From contig CANIID010000002.1 of the NCBI GenBank assembly GCA_947467315.1, positions 1-56,320 of the forward strand: a DNA stretch of 56,320 nucleotides, given 5' to 3'. This document shows positions 8,632 to 16,607 of the stretch, one piece after another. Both the position numbers and the translations under genes were made by a program. The first letter of the stretch is position 1; the number at the start of each line of letters is the position of its first letter. The stretch comes from Betaproteobacteria bacterium. GTDB lineage: Bacteria; Pseudomonadota; Gammaproteobacteria; Burkholderiales; SG8-41. Under the pieces are notes generated by a model, which was given only the letters and a program-made list of their open reading frames with translations, searched no databases and had not been told where the DNA came from.

Positions 8632-9129
8632 TTAAAAGTAGGCGATCCAGCGCCCGGCAAAGATGATGCCCACCCATAGCGCGAAAGAAACCACGGCCAC
8701 CACCCTGCCCACACCGCCCCGGCTATCCCAGTAGGCCGGGTTCTTATTCAGCGGCGCGGTGAAATACAGGGTAATCAAAACCGCGCTGATGACCATCAGC
8801 ATCTTCCACTGGAAAATCACATTTTTCAGCGCGCGCGCCGGTTCGCCGGTAATGAGAATAATGCCGCTGACCAACAGCACCGGTAACGCCCACCAGATCA
8901 CAGGGCTGAAGCGCCGCGATACCGCCGCCAACGACTGATCACGCCCCGTTACACCGAGCAGGCGCAAATTGATCATCACCATCGATCCCATCAGCGCCGC
9001 AATCGCGAGGATATGCACAGTCTGCACGGCGGGCACCACCCATGCCGCGCTTTGTATCGCCTGACTCAGCGCCGTGCTGTCGATCCACACGCAGACACTG
9101 TTTAGCCACTGCTTGAATGCCGGATTCAT
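8632..9129 (-). CDS. Four-TM inner-membrane protein of unknown function (paralog of 8123-8617)
   Basis: 165 aa with four hydrophobic segments. Has an invariant His in helix 2 (TVHILAIAALMGS) and a C-terminal GRWIAYF. Separated by 14 nt from the next gene. Confidence 0.7.
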   Translation of the reverse strand: MNPAFKQWLNSVCVWIDSTALSQAIQSAAWVVPAVQTVHILAIAALMGSMVMINLRLLGVTGRDQSLAAVSRRFSPVIWWALPVLLVSGIILITGEPARALKNVIFQWKMLMVISAVLITLYFTAPLNKNPAYWDSRGGVGRVVAVVSFALWVGIIFAGRWIAYF

Positions 9130-9152
9130 GTGCGCTCGACCGTTGGCGTTGC

Positions 9153-9680
9153 TTACTTGGCGGACTTCGCCGGTGCCGGCGCTGCGGTGGCCGCCGGTTT
9201 CGCGTCCGGCGCTGGTTCACCCACGCGAAAATCGGCATGGCAGGCTGAACACGCGTTGTAGATGAGCGCGCCCGAATCAAACAGCGTCGGCACATCCTTT
9301 TTCTCCGCGGCTTTAAGCGCGATCCCGGCCGCGTCGCTCATGCGCTTGGCCGACGCCATCCATTTTTTGTCGTCACGCGCGCGCCCCTGCATCATCAACA
9401 GATTGCCGCCCTCCACCATCGTGGCGGCGGCATTGCGCACCTTTTCCCACTCTTCGTCGGTCTTGGGCGCCTTGGCGTTTTCACCCTTCTCGGTAATGAT
9501 AATCGCGACCGACTCCCACACCACGTCGGCGGCAGGATCGATCACCCATTCCATCACCTGCTTCAGACTGAGGGTCGTGTTGTACGGCGGCGCTGCCGGA
9601 GCGGGCGCGGGAGGCGGCGGTTGATTGCAACCAGCCAGCATTAACATGCAGAGCGAAATACCAGACAAGATTGTACGCAC
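9153..9680 (-). CDS. Class-II (cytochrome c'/c556-like) c-type cytochrome, lipoprotein
   Basis: 175 aa, GTG start after SD AGAGGAA. Lipobox MLMLAGC. Predicted helical body with a single C-terminal haem motif NACSACHADFR, the class-II arrangement, followed by a Pro/Ala-rich tail. Confidence 0.7.
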   Translation of the reverse strand: MRTILSGISLCMLMLAGCNQPPPPAPAPAAPPYNTTLSLKQVMEWVIDPAADVVWESVAIIITEKGENAKAPKTDEEWEKVRNAAATMVEGGNLLMMQGRARDDKKWMASAKRMSDAAGIALKAAEKKDVPTLFDSGALIYNACSACHADFRVGEPAPDAKPAATAAPAPAKSAK

Positions 9681-9817
9681 GAGGTTCCTCTCTTTTCACT
9701 GAGTTACTCTTGACAATGCATTGCTGCCTCGGCTGCGCGGCGCTGCTTTTGTGGCGAACACCACACTGCCCCCCGAATATATCGCGAGCCGATGCTTAGG
9801 CGAATAGACTTTCCGTA

Positions 9818-10690
9818 CTATGAAACAAATATTCGGTCATGCGACAGCGACGGCAGCATTCCCCTCACCTTCGCCACGCGCGCGACATCCATTTCCGCAT
9901 AGATAATACCTGGCGCCTCACCGCCATCGGCAATGATTTCGCCCCATGGATTCACCACCAGCGAGTGCCCGAACGTCTGCCGGCTTCCCGCGTGATCGCC
10001 GCACATGGCGGGCGCAACGATGTAGCAGCCGTTTTCAATCGCGCGCGCCTGTAGCAGCGGATGCCAATGCGCCTTGCCGGTTTGGCGCTGAAAGGACGAG
10101 GGCACCGTAATCATTTGCGCACCCGCCTGCGCCAGCGTGCGAAACAGCGCCGGAAAACGCAGGTCGTAGCAGATAGTCATGCCGAGCTTGCCCCAGAGCG
10201 TGTCGGCCACCACCGCTTTGTCTCCGGGACGATACGCCGACGACTCGCGGATCACTTTTCCATCGGGCAGCGTGCAGTCAAACATGTGTATTTTGTCGTA
10301 GCTGGCCACGATGTCGCCGCTGTCGTTGATTAAAAACGAACGATTGGCGATGCGCTCCTCCTCGGTTTTGAGTGTGAGCGAGCCGAGCAACAGCCAGATG
10401 CCCAGTTCTTCAGCCAGCGCGCGCAATTGCGCAAGCGGCTCGCCGCCATCCGCAGGCAAGGCTTGCTCGCGCATCACGCGGCCGCTGCCGTCCATCATCA
10501 GCGTGTATTCGGGCGTCAACACTAATTTTGCGCCGCTGGCGGCGGCCTCACGCAGCATCGTGGTAACGATTGAGAGATTCGCGGGCAGGTCGTTGCTGGT
10601 GTTGGTCTGGATACAGGCTAATTTAAGTGTCGTCATGCCCATATTGTGCATCAGAGAACCATTGCGCGAAAGCGCGCGAAATGAAATCAT
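9818..10690 (-). CDS. Carbon-nitrogen hydrolase (nitrilase superfamily)
   Basis: The body (LKLACIQTN..., LVLTPEY, ICYDLRFP, HWHPLLQARAIENGCYIVA) carries the E-K-C triad context of C-N hydrolases. The start is ambiguous: in-frame ATGs at 10690, 10651, 10642 and 10636 (MTTLKLACIQ). Confidence 0.85.
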   Translation of the reverse strand: MISFRALSRNGSLMHNMGMTTLKLACIQTNTSNDLPANLSIVTTMLREAAASGAKLVLTPEYTLMMDGSGRVMREQALPADGGEPLAQLRALAEELGIWLLLGSLTLKTEEERIANRSFLINDSGDIVASYDKIHMFDCTLPDGKVIRESSAYRPGDKAVVADTLWGKLGMTICYDLRFPALFRTLAQAGAQMITVPSSFQRQTGKAHWHPLLQARAIENGCYIVAPAMCGDHAGSRQTFGHSLVVNPWGEIIADGGEAPGIIYAEMDVARVAKVRGMLPSLSHDRIFVS

Positions 10691-10733
10691 TCGGGTTCCG
10701 CGAAATTCAGATCAGTTCATTAAGGAGAATGTG

Positions 10734-11792
10734 GTGTTAAAAATTGGCGTATTGCTGGGCGACGATATTGGACTCGAAGTAGTACCCGAGGCGGTCAAAT
10801 GCATGAAAGCGGCGGCGGCGATTACCGGCATGCAGGCCGAGTGGATCGATCTGCCCATCGGCAAACGCGGGCACGAATTGCACGGCGACGCCTCGCCGAA
10901 AATTACCTTGGAAACCTTGAAAGACTGCGATGGCTGGATTTGCGGCCCGATTGGTCACAATGCCTATCCGCGCAACGACCCGACGTGGGTAATGCCGGCG
11001 CTGCGCAAAAAGTTTGAACTCTTCGCCAACATCAAGCCGGTGAAGTCGTATCCGAATCTGCCCTCGATCCACAAAGACGTGGACATCGTGTTTCTGCGCG
11101 AAACCACCGAAGGCATGATGTCATCGAGCCTGGTGGTTGCAGGCGCGGGCGAATTCCGCCCCAACGATGACATCTCCATCGGCATGCGCGTGGTCACGCG
11201 CAAGGGTGCGAACCGTGTCGCGCGCGAAGCGTTCGAAATCGCGCGCACGCGCAAGAGAAAAATCGTCACCTGCGTACACAAAGAGCCGGTATACCGCCTG
11301 GTGTGCGGCATGTTCGCCGAGGAGCATCGCAAGCTGCAAGCGGAGTATCCCGACGTCACGCTCAACGAAGTGCTGGTCGATGGCTTCGCGATGAAGCTGG
11401 TGATGAAGCCGCAGATGTTCGACGTGGTGGTCACCACCAATCAATTCGGCGATATTCTGACGGACGAAGGCGCGGGTCTGGTCGGCGGTCTCGGTCTTGC
11501 GCCGGGTCTGGTCGCGGGCCACACGCAGGCGATGGCGCAAGCCACGCACGGCTCCGCGCCGGATATCGCCGGACAAAACATCGCCAACCCGTACGCAATG
11601 ATTATGTCGGGCAAGATGCTGCTCGAATGGCTCGGCCGCAAACGCAACGATCCGAAAGCGACCGCGGCATCCAAAGTCATGGACGACGCCATGGAGCGCG
11701 TGATCGCCGAAGGCAAACATCTCACCGGTGACCTGGGCGGCAAAGCCAGCACCACCGGGATGGGTGATGCCGTAGTGGCGGCAATGAAATAA
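10734..11792 (+). CDS. Isocitrate/isopropylmalate dehydrogenase family (tartrate/3-isopropylmalate dehydrogenase-like)
   Basis: Track ORF 10311-11792 trimmed to a GTG at 10734 (or 10731) after SD AAGGAG (10722-10727). LKIGVLLGDDIGLEVVPE, FLRETTEG, TTNQFGDILTDEGAGLVGGLGLAPG, HGSAPDIAGQNIANP. The upstream extension overlaps the divergent hydrolase gene. Confidence 0.85.
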   Translation: MLKIGVLLGDDIGLEVVPEAVKCMKAAAAITGMQAEWIDLPIGKRGHELHGDASPKITLETLKDCDGWICGPIGHNAYPRNDPTWVMPALRKKFELFANIKPVKSYPNLPSIHKDVDIVFLRETTEGMMSSSLVVAGAGEFRPNDDISIGMRVVTRKGANRVAREAFEIARTRKRKIVTCVHKEPVYRLVCGMFAEEHRKLQAEYPDVTLNEVLVDGFAMKLVMKPQMFDVVVTTNQFGDILTDEGAGLVGGLGLAPGLVAGHTQAMAQATHGSAPDIAGQNIANPYAMIMSGKMLLEWLGRKRNDPKATAASKVMDDAMERVIAEGKHLTGDLGGKASTTGMGDAVVAAMK

Positions 11793-11797
11793 AATAC

Positions 11798-11819
11798 AAT
11801 AAAAACAACTACTTACATA
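11798..11819 (+). repeat. AT-rich 22-nt motif, copy 4 (AATAAAAACAACTACTTACATA)
   Basis: Same family. It fills most of the 31-nt gap between two convergent stop codons (11792 and 11824). Confidence 0.6.
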
Positions 11820-11823
11820 GTTT

Positions 11824-12780
11824 CTATACTTGTGATTTAACCGACGCCACCACCGCTTCAAACGCAGCGATGGTGGCGATCATTTCTTCACCCGATATCG
11901 GGTAAGCCGCACGCCCCGCCACCGCATCCGCGAAGGCTTCGAACTCCGCTGCCAGCGAATCCACCGGTTCATAGGTGGTTCGCTGCGGCGGTTTTCCATT
12001 CAGCCGCACCACTAATTCATTTTCACCCAGCGCTTCGGCCGAGCCTTCACTACCGAACACGTGAATGCGCCAGTAAAACGGCGTCGAGCGTATCGCCGCC
12101 AGCGTGCCGCTAAGGCCACGTTCAAACTCGAACATCACGGTGATGGTGTCGAGCGGGCTCGGCTGCGGTTGCAGCGACAGCACTTGCGCCTGCACACGGC
12201 GCGCAGGCCCGGCGTAACTCACCAGCGCATCCAGCACGTGTATGCCTGATCCGGTCAGCCCCGCCGCTGGTGCTTCGCCGGGATTCGTGCGCCACGAGGA
12301 AAAATGTTTACCGGTATTCTCGTTGCTGTAATGGCCTTCGACATGCAACAAGCGCCCCAGCACGCCGCTATCGACCACGCGCCGCAGCTCGCGCATGCAC
12401 GGCCAAAAGCGTTTGTTGGTGCCAATGCCGAGCAGCACGCCCGCCTTGCGGCAGGCCTCAACCGAGCGCGTCGCATCGGCTTTTGTCAGCGCCAGCGGCT
12501 TTTCGCAAAACACCGCTTTGCCGGCTTGCGCACAGGCGAGGATTTGCTCGGTGTGCAGCGAATGCGGCGTGGCCAGCACTACCGCCTGCACGCGCGGATC
12601 AGCCAGCACATCACGCAGTTCTGTCGAAAGTTCGATGCCATGACGCGAGGTGAAATCGCGCACGGTATCCGGCTCTTTGCTCACGCCGCGAATGAAACGC
12701 AGGCGTGTACTTTTACCCTGCACGGCGGTGACGATTTTCTGTCCCCACCAGCCGATGCCTACTATCGCTGCGTTGATCAT
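11824..12780 (-). CDS. Gfo/Idh/MocA family NAD(P)-dependent oxidoreductase
   Basis: 318 aa. N-terminal Rossmann motif MINAAIVGIGWWGQKIV, then ATPHSLH and FCEKPLAL. Confidence 0.85.
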   Translation of the reverse strand: MINAAIVGIGWWGQKIVTAVQGKSTRLRFIRGVSKEPDTVRDFTSRHGIELSTELRDVLADPRVQAVVLATPHSLHTEQILACAQAGKAVFCEKPLALTKADATRSVEACRKAGVLLGIGTNKRFWPCMRELRRVVDSGVLGRLLHVEGHYSNENTGKHFSSWRTNPGEAPAAGLTGSGIHVLDALVSYAGPARRVQAQVLSLQPQPSPLDTITVMFEFERGLSGTLAAIRSTPFYWRIHVFGSEGSAEALGENELVVRLNGKPPQRTTYEPVDSLAAEFEAFADAVAGRAAYPISGEEMIATIAAFEAVVASVKSQV

Positions 12781-12798
12781 CTCATGGGTCTGCCAGCG

Positions 12799-14331
12799 CT
12801 ACGACTTCAGCGTATACCGCACCCAATCGTAATCGACGGCCTTTTCAACCATCCTTGACGGCGTCAGCGACCAGGTGGTCTCATTCGGACCAAACGTGAT
12901 GTCAATGTCTTCGTTCAGCGCAAAGGTGCCTGGGCGCATCAGCATATGCACGCCGCCCGCGCGGCTGGGCTTGGCGTTGAGCAGGATGCCGAGCTCCGGC
13001 CTGTCTTGCGTGCTGGAGCGCAATTTCGAGCGCATCAGCGCGGTTACCGGCTTGCGCGCAATCATGCGGATACCGACCTTGCGCTGCTGATGTTCATCGG
13101 TCTCCACACGGCGAATCACCGCGATGCTCCAGAATTCGCGAAACTCCAGCCGCATGGCGATCAGTGCGCCCAGCCGCAACCAGGCACGCAATCCCTTGGG
13201 CACAATGGCGCGATAGCCGCCGCGCCCCGCGTTATCCACGATCCAGTACTCCGGTCGTATCGCGATCACATCGGTGAAATCCAGCACACCCTGCTCCATG
13301 TCTGCCAGCGCCTGCCGCACCGAACCATAATCGTGCTTGACCTCGATGGTCGTGGCGGTAAACCGCCGGTCCCACTCGCGGGACGGCGGCGCCTCTCCCC
13401 AGTGCAGCATCAGGTGCTCCAGCACCTTGACCACGTGCGTCATCTCTCCGCCTTTGGGCAGCCTGAACGGCACCGGCGTGGCCCCCGTCTTATGCGTGGA
13501 TTCGAGATATTCCTGCATCTGCGGCAGCGCATCCGAGGCGCCGAAATAGCGCCGGTGCGGATTGCTGCCGGTTTCGCCGGCGACGCGGCTCGGCGCCGAC
13601 GCCCGATCCAGATCGAAAAAAAGATTCAGCGCCTTGTGCGCCTTCGCATCGACCTTGAACGTGCTGGCAAAGTAATCAATCCAGCGATCGGCGATTTCCT
13701 GCTCCATCACCGACAGACTATCCATGGACGCGGCGGACAACATGACTGCGCGCAGAAACTCTTCGTTCGGGCAACTTTTGGTCTGGTTGGACAGGTAAAG
13801 GGAAACCGCTTGGCCGTCAATTTTGCGGGCTTCCGCAAACTGCTGGCAGTGCGCCAAATCCGCCCACACCTGGGGTTCTACCATGCCAAAGCGAAACAAC
13901 ACCCACTTGATCTGCATGGCCACCGCGCGCGCGCCACGTGCCGCCAGCACCGGTAACTTCGCCTTTAACTTGTCTGCCGACGCCGGGTTCTTGTGCAGCT
14001 GCTCCATGCATTCCAGATACCCCGCGCTCAAGGCCGTCCAAAAACCGTGCGCGGTTTCCCACAGCAGTTTTTCCTGTTTGCGATTCGCGTGCAGCAGGCC
14101 AAGGTAATCATCGCCAATCTGCTTCTGGTGCTTGCGCGTCGAGGTATCGAGCAAATCCACGCTGTCAAAACGCTGCGCCACGGTAAAACCCGGCGTCCTG
14201 CAGATGGATTCCAGCCACACGGTTGCTTTCAGCAACGAACGCGTGCTGTCAGACTCGTCGCGAAACTGCGTCGCTATCTTCTGCGTTTGACTCAGATCGA
14301 CAATCTGCTTGCCCAAATCGGTTGAATCCAT
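12799..14331 (-). CDS. Hypothetical 510-aa cytoplasmic protein, possible C-terminal PilZ-like domain
   Basis: Balanced amino-acid composition, whereas the antisense 336-aa ORF is Arg/His/Gly-rich. No signal peptide or TM segment. Residues 318-371 carry R-E-W-D-R ... D-N-A-G-R-G, which fits RxxxR / (D/N)x(S/A)xxG but with a longer spacer than usual. Confidence 0.65.
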   Translation of the reverse strand: MDSTDLGKQIVDLSQTQKIATQFRDESDSTRSLLKATVWLESICRTPGFTVAQRFDSVDLLDTSTRKHQKQIGDDYLGLLHANRKQEKLLWETAHGFWTALSAGYLECMEQLHKNPASADKLKAKLPVLAARGARAVAMQIKWVLFRFGMVEPQVWADLAHCQQFAEARKIDGQAVSLYLSNQTKSCPNEEFLRAVMLSAASMDSLSVMEQEIADRWIDYFASTFKVDAKAHKALNLFFDLDRASAPSRVAGETGSNPHRRYFGASDALPQMQEYLESTHKTGATPVPFRLPKGGEMTHVVKVLEHLMLHWGEAPPSREWDRRFTATTIEVKHDYGSVRQALADMEQGVLDFTDVIAIRPEYWIVDNAGRGGYRAIVPKGLRAWLRLGALIAMRLEFREFWSIAVIRRVETDEHQQRKVGIRMIARKPVTALMRSKLRSSTQDRPELGILLNAKPSRAGGVHMLMRPGTFALNEDIDITFGPNETTWSLTPSRMVEKAVDYDWVRYTLKS

Positions 14332-14454
14332 TGCAGCGCCTCCCCATGAATATGCCGCTACCCTTCGCGCATCGCTAGCCTTCGGTACTACAACTCTTTG
14401 TTATTATGGCTCTTTTTTTCAAGAATACCAAACCTTGTTGGAATGTCGTGCGGA

Positions 14455-15381
14455 TTATTCGCCGGCCAGCATGGCAAATAATTGTGTATCGAGTTGCCCG
14501 CGATATTTGGCCAGCACCGGCTCCATCGCCTGAACAAACGCCGCACGCTCGGCCGGCGTTAATGCGATCAGTTCGTTGTCACGTGGATCCAGTTTGGCGC
14601 GGATAGCCTCATCTTCCTTCGCCGCCAATTCATGCTGATACGCCGTGGCCATGATCGCGGCCTCATCCACCGCTGCGCGCACAGCCGCAGGCCACGACGC
14701 ATAGTGCGCGGCATTGCAAATCATCGCCGATGCGCCAAAGAAATGTCCGCTCAGCGTGATGTAGCGATGGTATTGATGAACGCCGAAGTTGTAGATGTTG
14801 GTGAGCGGATTGTCCTGTGCATCAAAACGATCACTGCCGATTTGCTCGACAAACTCTTTGACATCCGCCGCTATCGGCACAAACCCCAGCGCACGCAAAG
14901 CCTCGCCGTGCGACGCGCTCATCTGCGTGCGTATATTCAGGCCGCTGCAATCCGCTGGCGTGCGGATCGGACGCACTTTATTGGAGAATTGGCGGAAACC
15001 GTTGTCCCACAGTCCCAACAGTTTGAACGGCGAGGCTTCGGTAAAGCGGCGTTTGAAAAATTCACCCAGCGCGCCATCGATGGCGCGTTGAATGGTCGCG
15101 CGATCACGCACCACGAACGGCAAGTCAATCACCGCCAGTTCCGGCACCCACTTTGTAAACCGCACCGTCGAGATGTAGCAGCATGACAATTCGCCGCTTT
15201 CCACCATCGACGGCAAATCCCCGGACTTTCGCCCCAACGCCAGCACATCGCCAATGAGCTGAAAATTGATCTGCGAACCCAGACGTTCTCGCAACAATTC
15301 ACCAAAACGCGTCGCGGCTTGATTGTGGATGGAAGCGGGTTTCTGATAACCGCCGAATTTGAGTGTGATGGTTGCTGTCAC
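14455..15381 (-). CDS. DctP-type TRAP transporter solute-binding protein homolog, no signal peptide
   Basis: Track ORF 14455-15774 trimmed to the GTG at 15381 (SD AGGAAA 7 nt upstream), giving VTATITLKFGGYQKP.... LWDNGFRQFS and DNPLTN motifs of the DctP family. The upstream ORF extension is Arg/Cys/Trp-rich and overlaps the divergent Bug gene. Confidence 0.75.
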   Translation of the reverse strand: MTATITLKFGGYQKPASIHNQAATRFGELLRERLGSQINFQLIGDVLALGRKSGDLPSMVESGELSCCYISTVRFTKWVPELAVIDLPFVVRDRATIQRAIDGALGEFFKRRFTEASPFKLLGLWDNGFRQFSNKVRPIRTPADCSGLNIRTQMSASHGEALRALGFVPIAADVKEFVEQIGSDRFDAQDNPLTNIYNFGVHQYHRYITLSGHFFGASAMICNAAHYASWPAAVRAAVDEAAIMATAYQHELAAKEDEAIRAKLDPRDNELIALTPAERAAFVQAMEPVLAKYRGQLDTQLFAMLAGE

Positions 15382-15497
15382 GAGAGGATTTCCTGGCAAT
15401 GCGTTGTTTGTGTACCGAGGATGCAATGATCGCGTGGTATCATTTTCGCATGAAAAGCAGGCCCATTCGGAGCGTGCGCTGTCGAGGAGAACTAACG

Positions 15498-16457
15498 TTG
15501 CAAAAAATATTGCTTTCCCTGCTGGCGGGCGCAGCTTGCGCATCCACCGCGTACGCACAAAACTTCCCCACTCGCCCCATCCGTGTGGTGGTGCCCTTCC
15601 CCGCCGGCGGCAATGTTGATACCTACATACGCCAGCTCGCACGGCAGATGGAAAACACCATGGGCCAACCGCTGGTGATCGACAACCGCGGCGGCGCCAA
15701 TGGCATCGTCGGCTGCGACATCGTGGCCAAGGGCGCGCCTGACGGTTACACCATCCTCGCCACCTCGATAGCATTCGCGGTGAATCCGGCGATGTATAAA
15801 AAGTTGCCGTACGACAGCGAGAAAGATTTCACCCCTATCACCAACTACGCCAACGGTCTGGGTTATGTGATGGCCGTGCATCCGTCGGTGCCCGCGAACA
15901 ACACCAAAGAACTGATCGCGCTGGCGAAAAAACAGCCGCTGCGCTACGGCTCGGCGGGCATCGGCAACGGCCAGCATCTGGCGGGCGTGTTGTTCTCGCA
16001 AAAGGCCGGCGTTGAAATGCTCCACGTGCCATATAAAGGTGGCGGTCCAGTGCTGACGGCTGTGCTCGGTGGCGAGGTGCATATCAACTTCCCCGGCGCC
16101 AGCGTGGCCGTGCCGCACCTGAAATCCGGCAAACTGCGCGGGATCGGTTTCACCGGTGAGAAACGCATTTCGTCGCTGCCCGATTTGCCGACGCTTGCCG
16201 AAAGCGGTTTGCCCGGCTTTAATTTCGATACCGGCTGGCACGCCATGTTCGGGCCGCCAAAATTACCCGCCGCACTGGTCAATCAATTTCACGCGGCGGT
16301 GAAGAAGGCCTTCGATAACGCGCAACTGCGCGAAACTTTCTCCAGCACCGGCTATGAACCTGCGGCGGCACCACCTGCGGAATTCGCCAAACTGTTCAAG
16401 ACCGATCTCAAACGCTTCGCCGAAATCGTCCGCGCCGCGAAGATTGAGTTACAGTAA
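15498..16457 (+). CDS. Bug/TctC-family periplasmic solute-binding protein
   Basis: TTG at 15498 after SD GAGGAG (8-nt spacing) gives the signal peptide (M)QKILLSLLAGAACASTAYA. NFPTRPIRVVVPFPAGGNVD, HVPYKGGGPVLTA, PPAEFAKLFKTDLKRF. An alternative in-frame ATG lies at 15450. Confidence 0.85.
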   Translation: MQKILLSLLAGAACASTAYAQNFPTRPIRVVVPFPAGGNVDTYIRQLARQMENTMGQPLVIDNRGGANGIVGCDIVAKGAPDGYTILATSIAFAVNPAMYKKLPYDSEKDFTPITNYANGLGYVMAVHPSVPANNTKELIALAKKQPLRYGSAGIGNGQHLAGVLFSQKAGVEMLHVPYKGGGPVLTAVLGGEVHINFPGASVAVPHLKSGKLRGIGFTGEKRISSLPDLPTLAESGLPGFNFDTGWHAMFGPPKLPAALVNQFHAAVKKAFDNAQLRETFSSTGYEPAAAPPAEFAKLFKTDLKRFAEIVRAAKIELQ

Positions 16458-16463
16458 AACCCG

Positions 16464-16485
16464 TTTAAAAACAAATAGTTGTATA
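16464..16485 (+). repeat. AT-rich 22-nt motif, copy 5 (TTTAAAAACAAATAGTTGTATA)
   Basis: Same family. Starts 7 nt after the Bug stop codon at 16457. Confidence 0.6.
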
Positions 16486-16491
16486 AATATC

Positions 16492-16583
16492 CGTAGCGTG
16501 CGCTGCGCGCACGCCCCCCCCCCTGCTGGCGCATGACCTCCGGCCCATGGTGGTCGCGCGTCGTGCGCACAGCGCACGCTACG
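16492..16583. repeat. REP-like inverted repeat (22-bp arms, 1 mismatch) with a C10 tract in the loop
   Basis: cgtagcgtgcgctgcgcgcacg (16492-16513) pairs with cgtgcgcacagcgcacgctacg (16562-16583). A homopolymer C10 lies at 16514-16523. Intergenic. Confidence 0.65.
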
Positions 16584-16607
16584 TGTGTCCGCGTTGAGGA
16601 ATAACCC

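Noticed and set aside
10311-10733. Upstream extensions of several plus-strand track ORFs: 10311-10733, 21095-21400, 27415-27903, 28230-28340, 51177-51305, 53668-53733, 52279-52344.
   Set aside because: The extensions overlap well-supported neighbouring genes and have shadow-frame composition. In each case an internal start with an SD or an ATGA overlap begins the recognisable domain or signal peptide.
15382-15774. 131-codon N-terminal extension of the TRAP binding-protein ORF.
   Set aside because: The extension is Arg/Cys/Trp-rich (MLSRWRGWCNRQARPWPRCRSRRCHWRRRGC...), has no signal-peptide character, and overlaps the opposite-strand Bug gene. A GTG with an SD at 15381 fits the first beta-strand of the fold.
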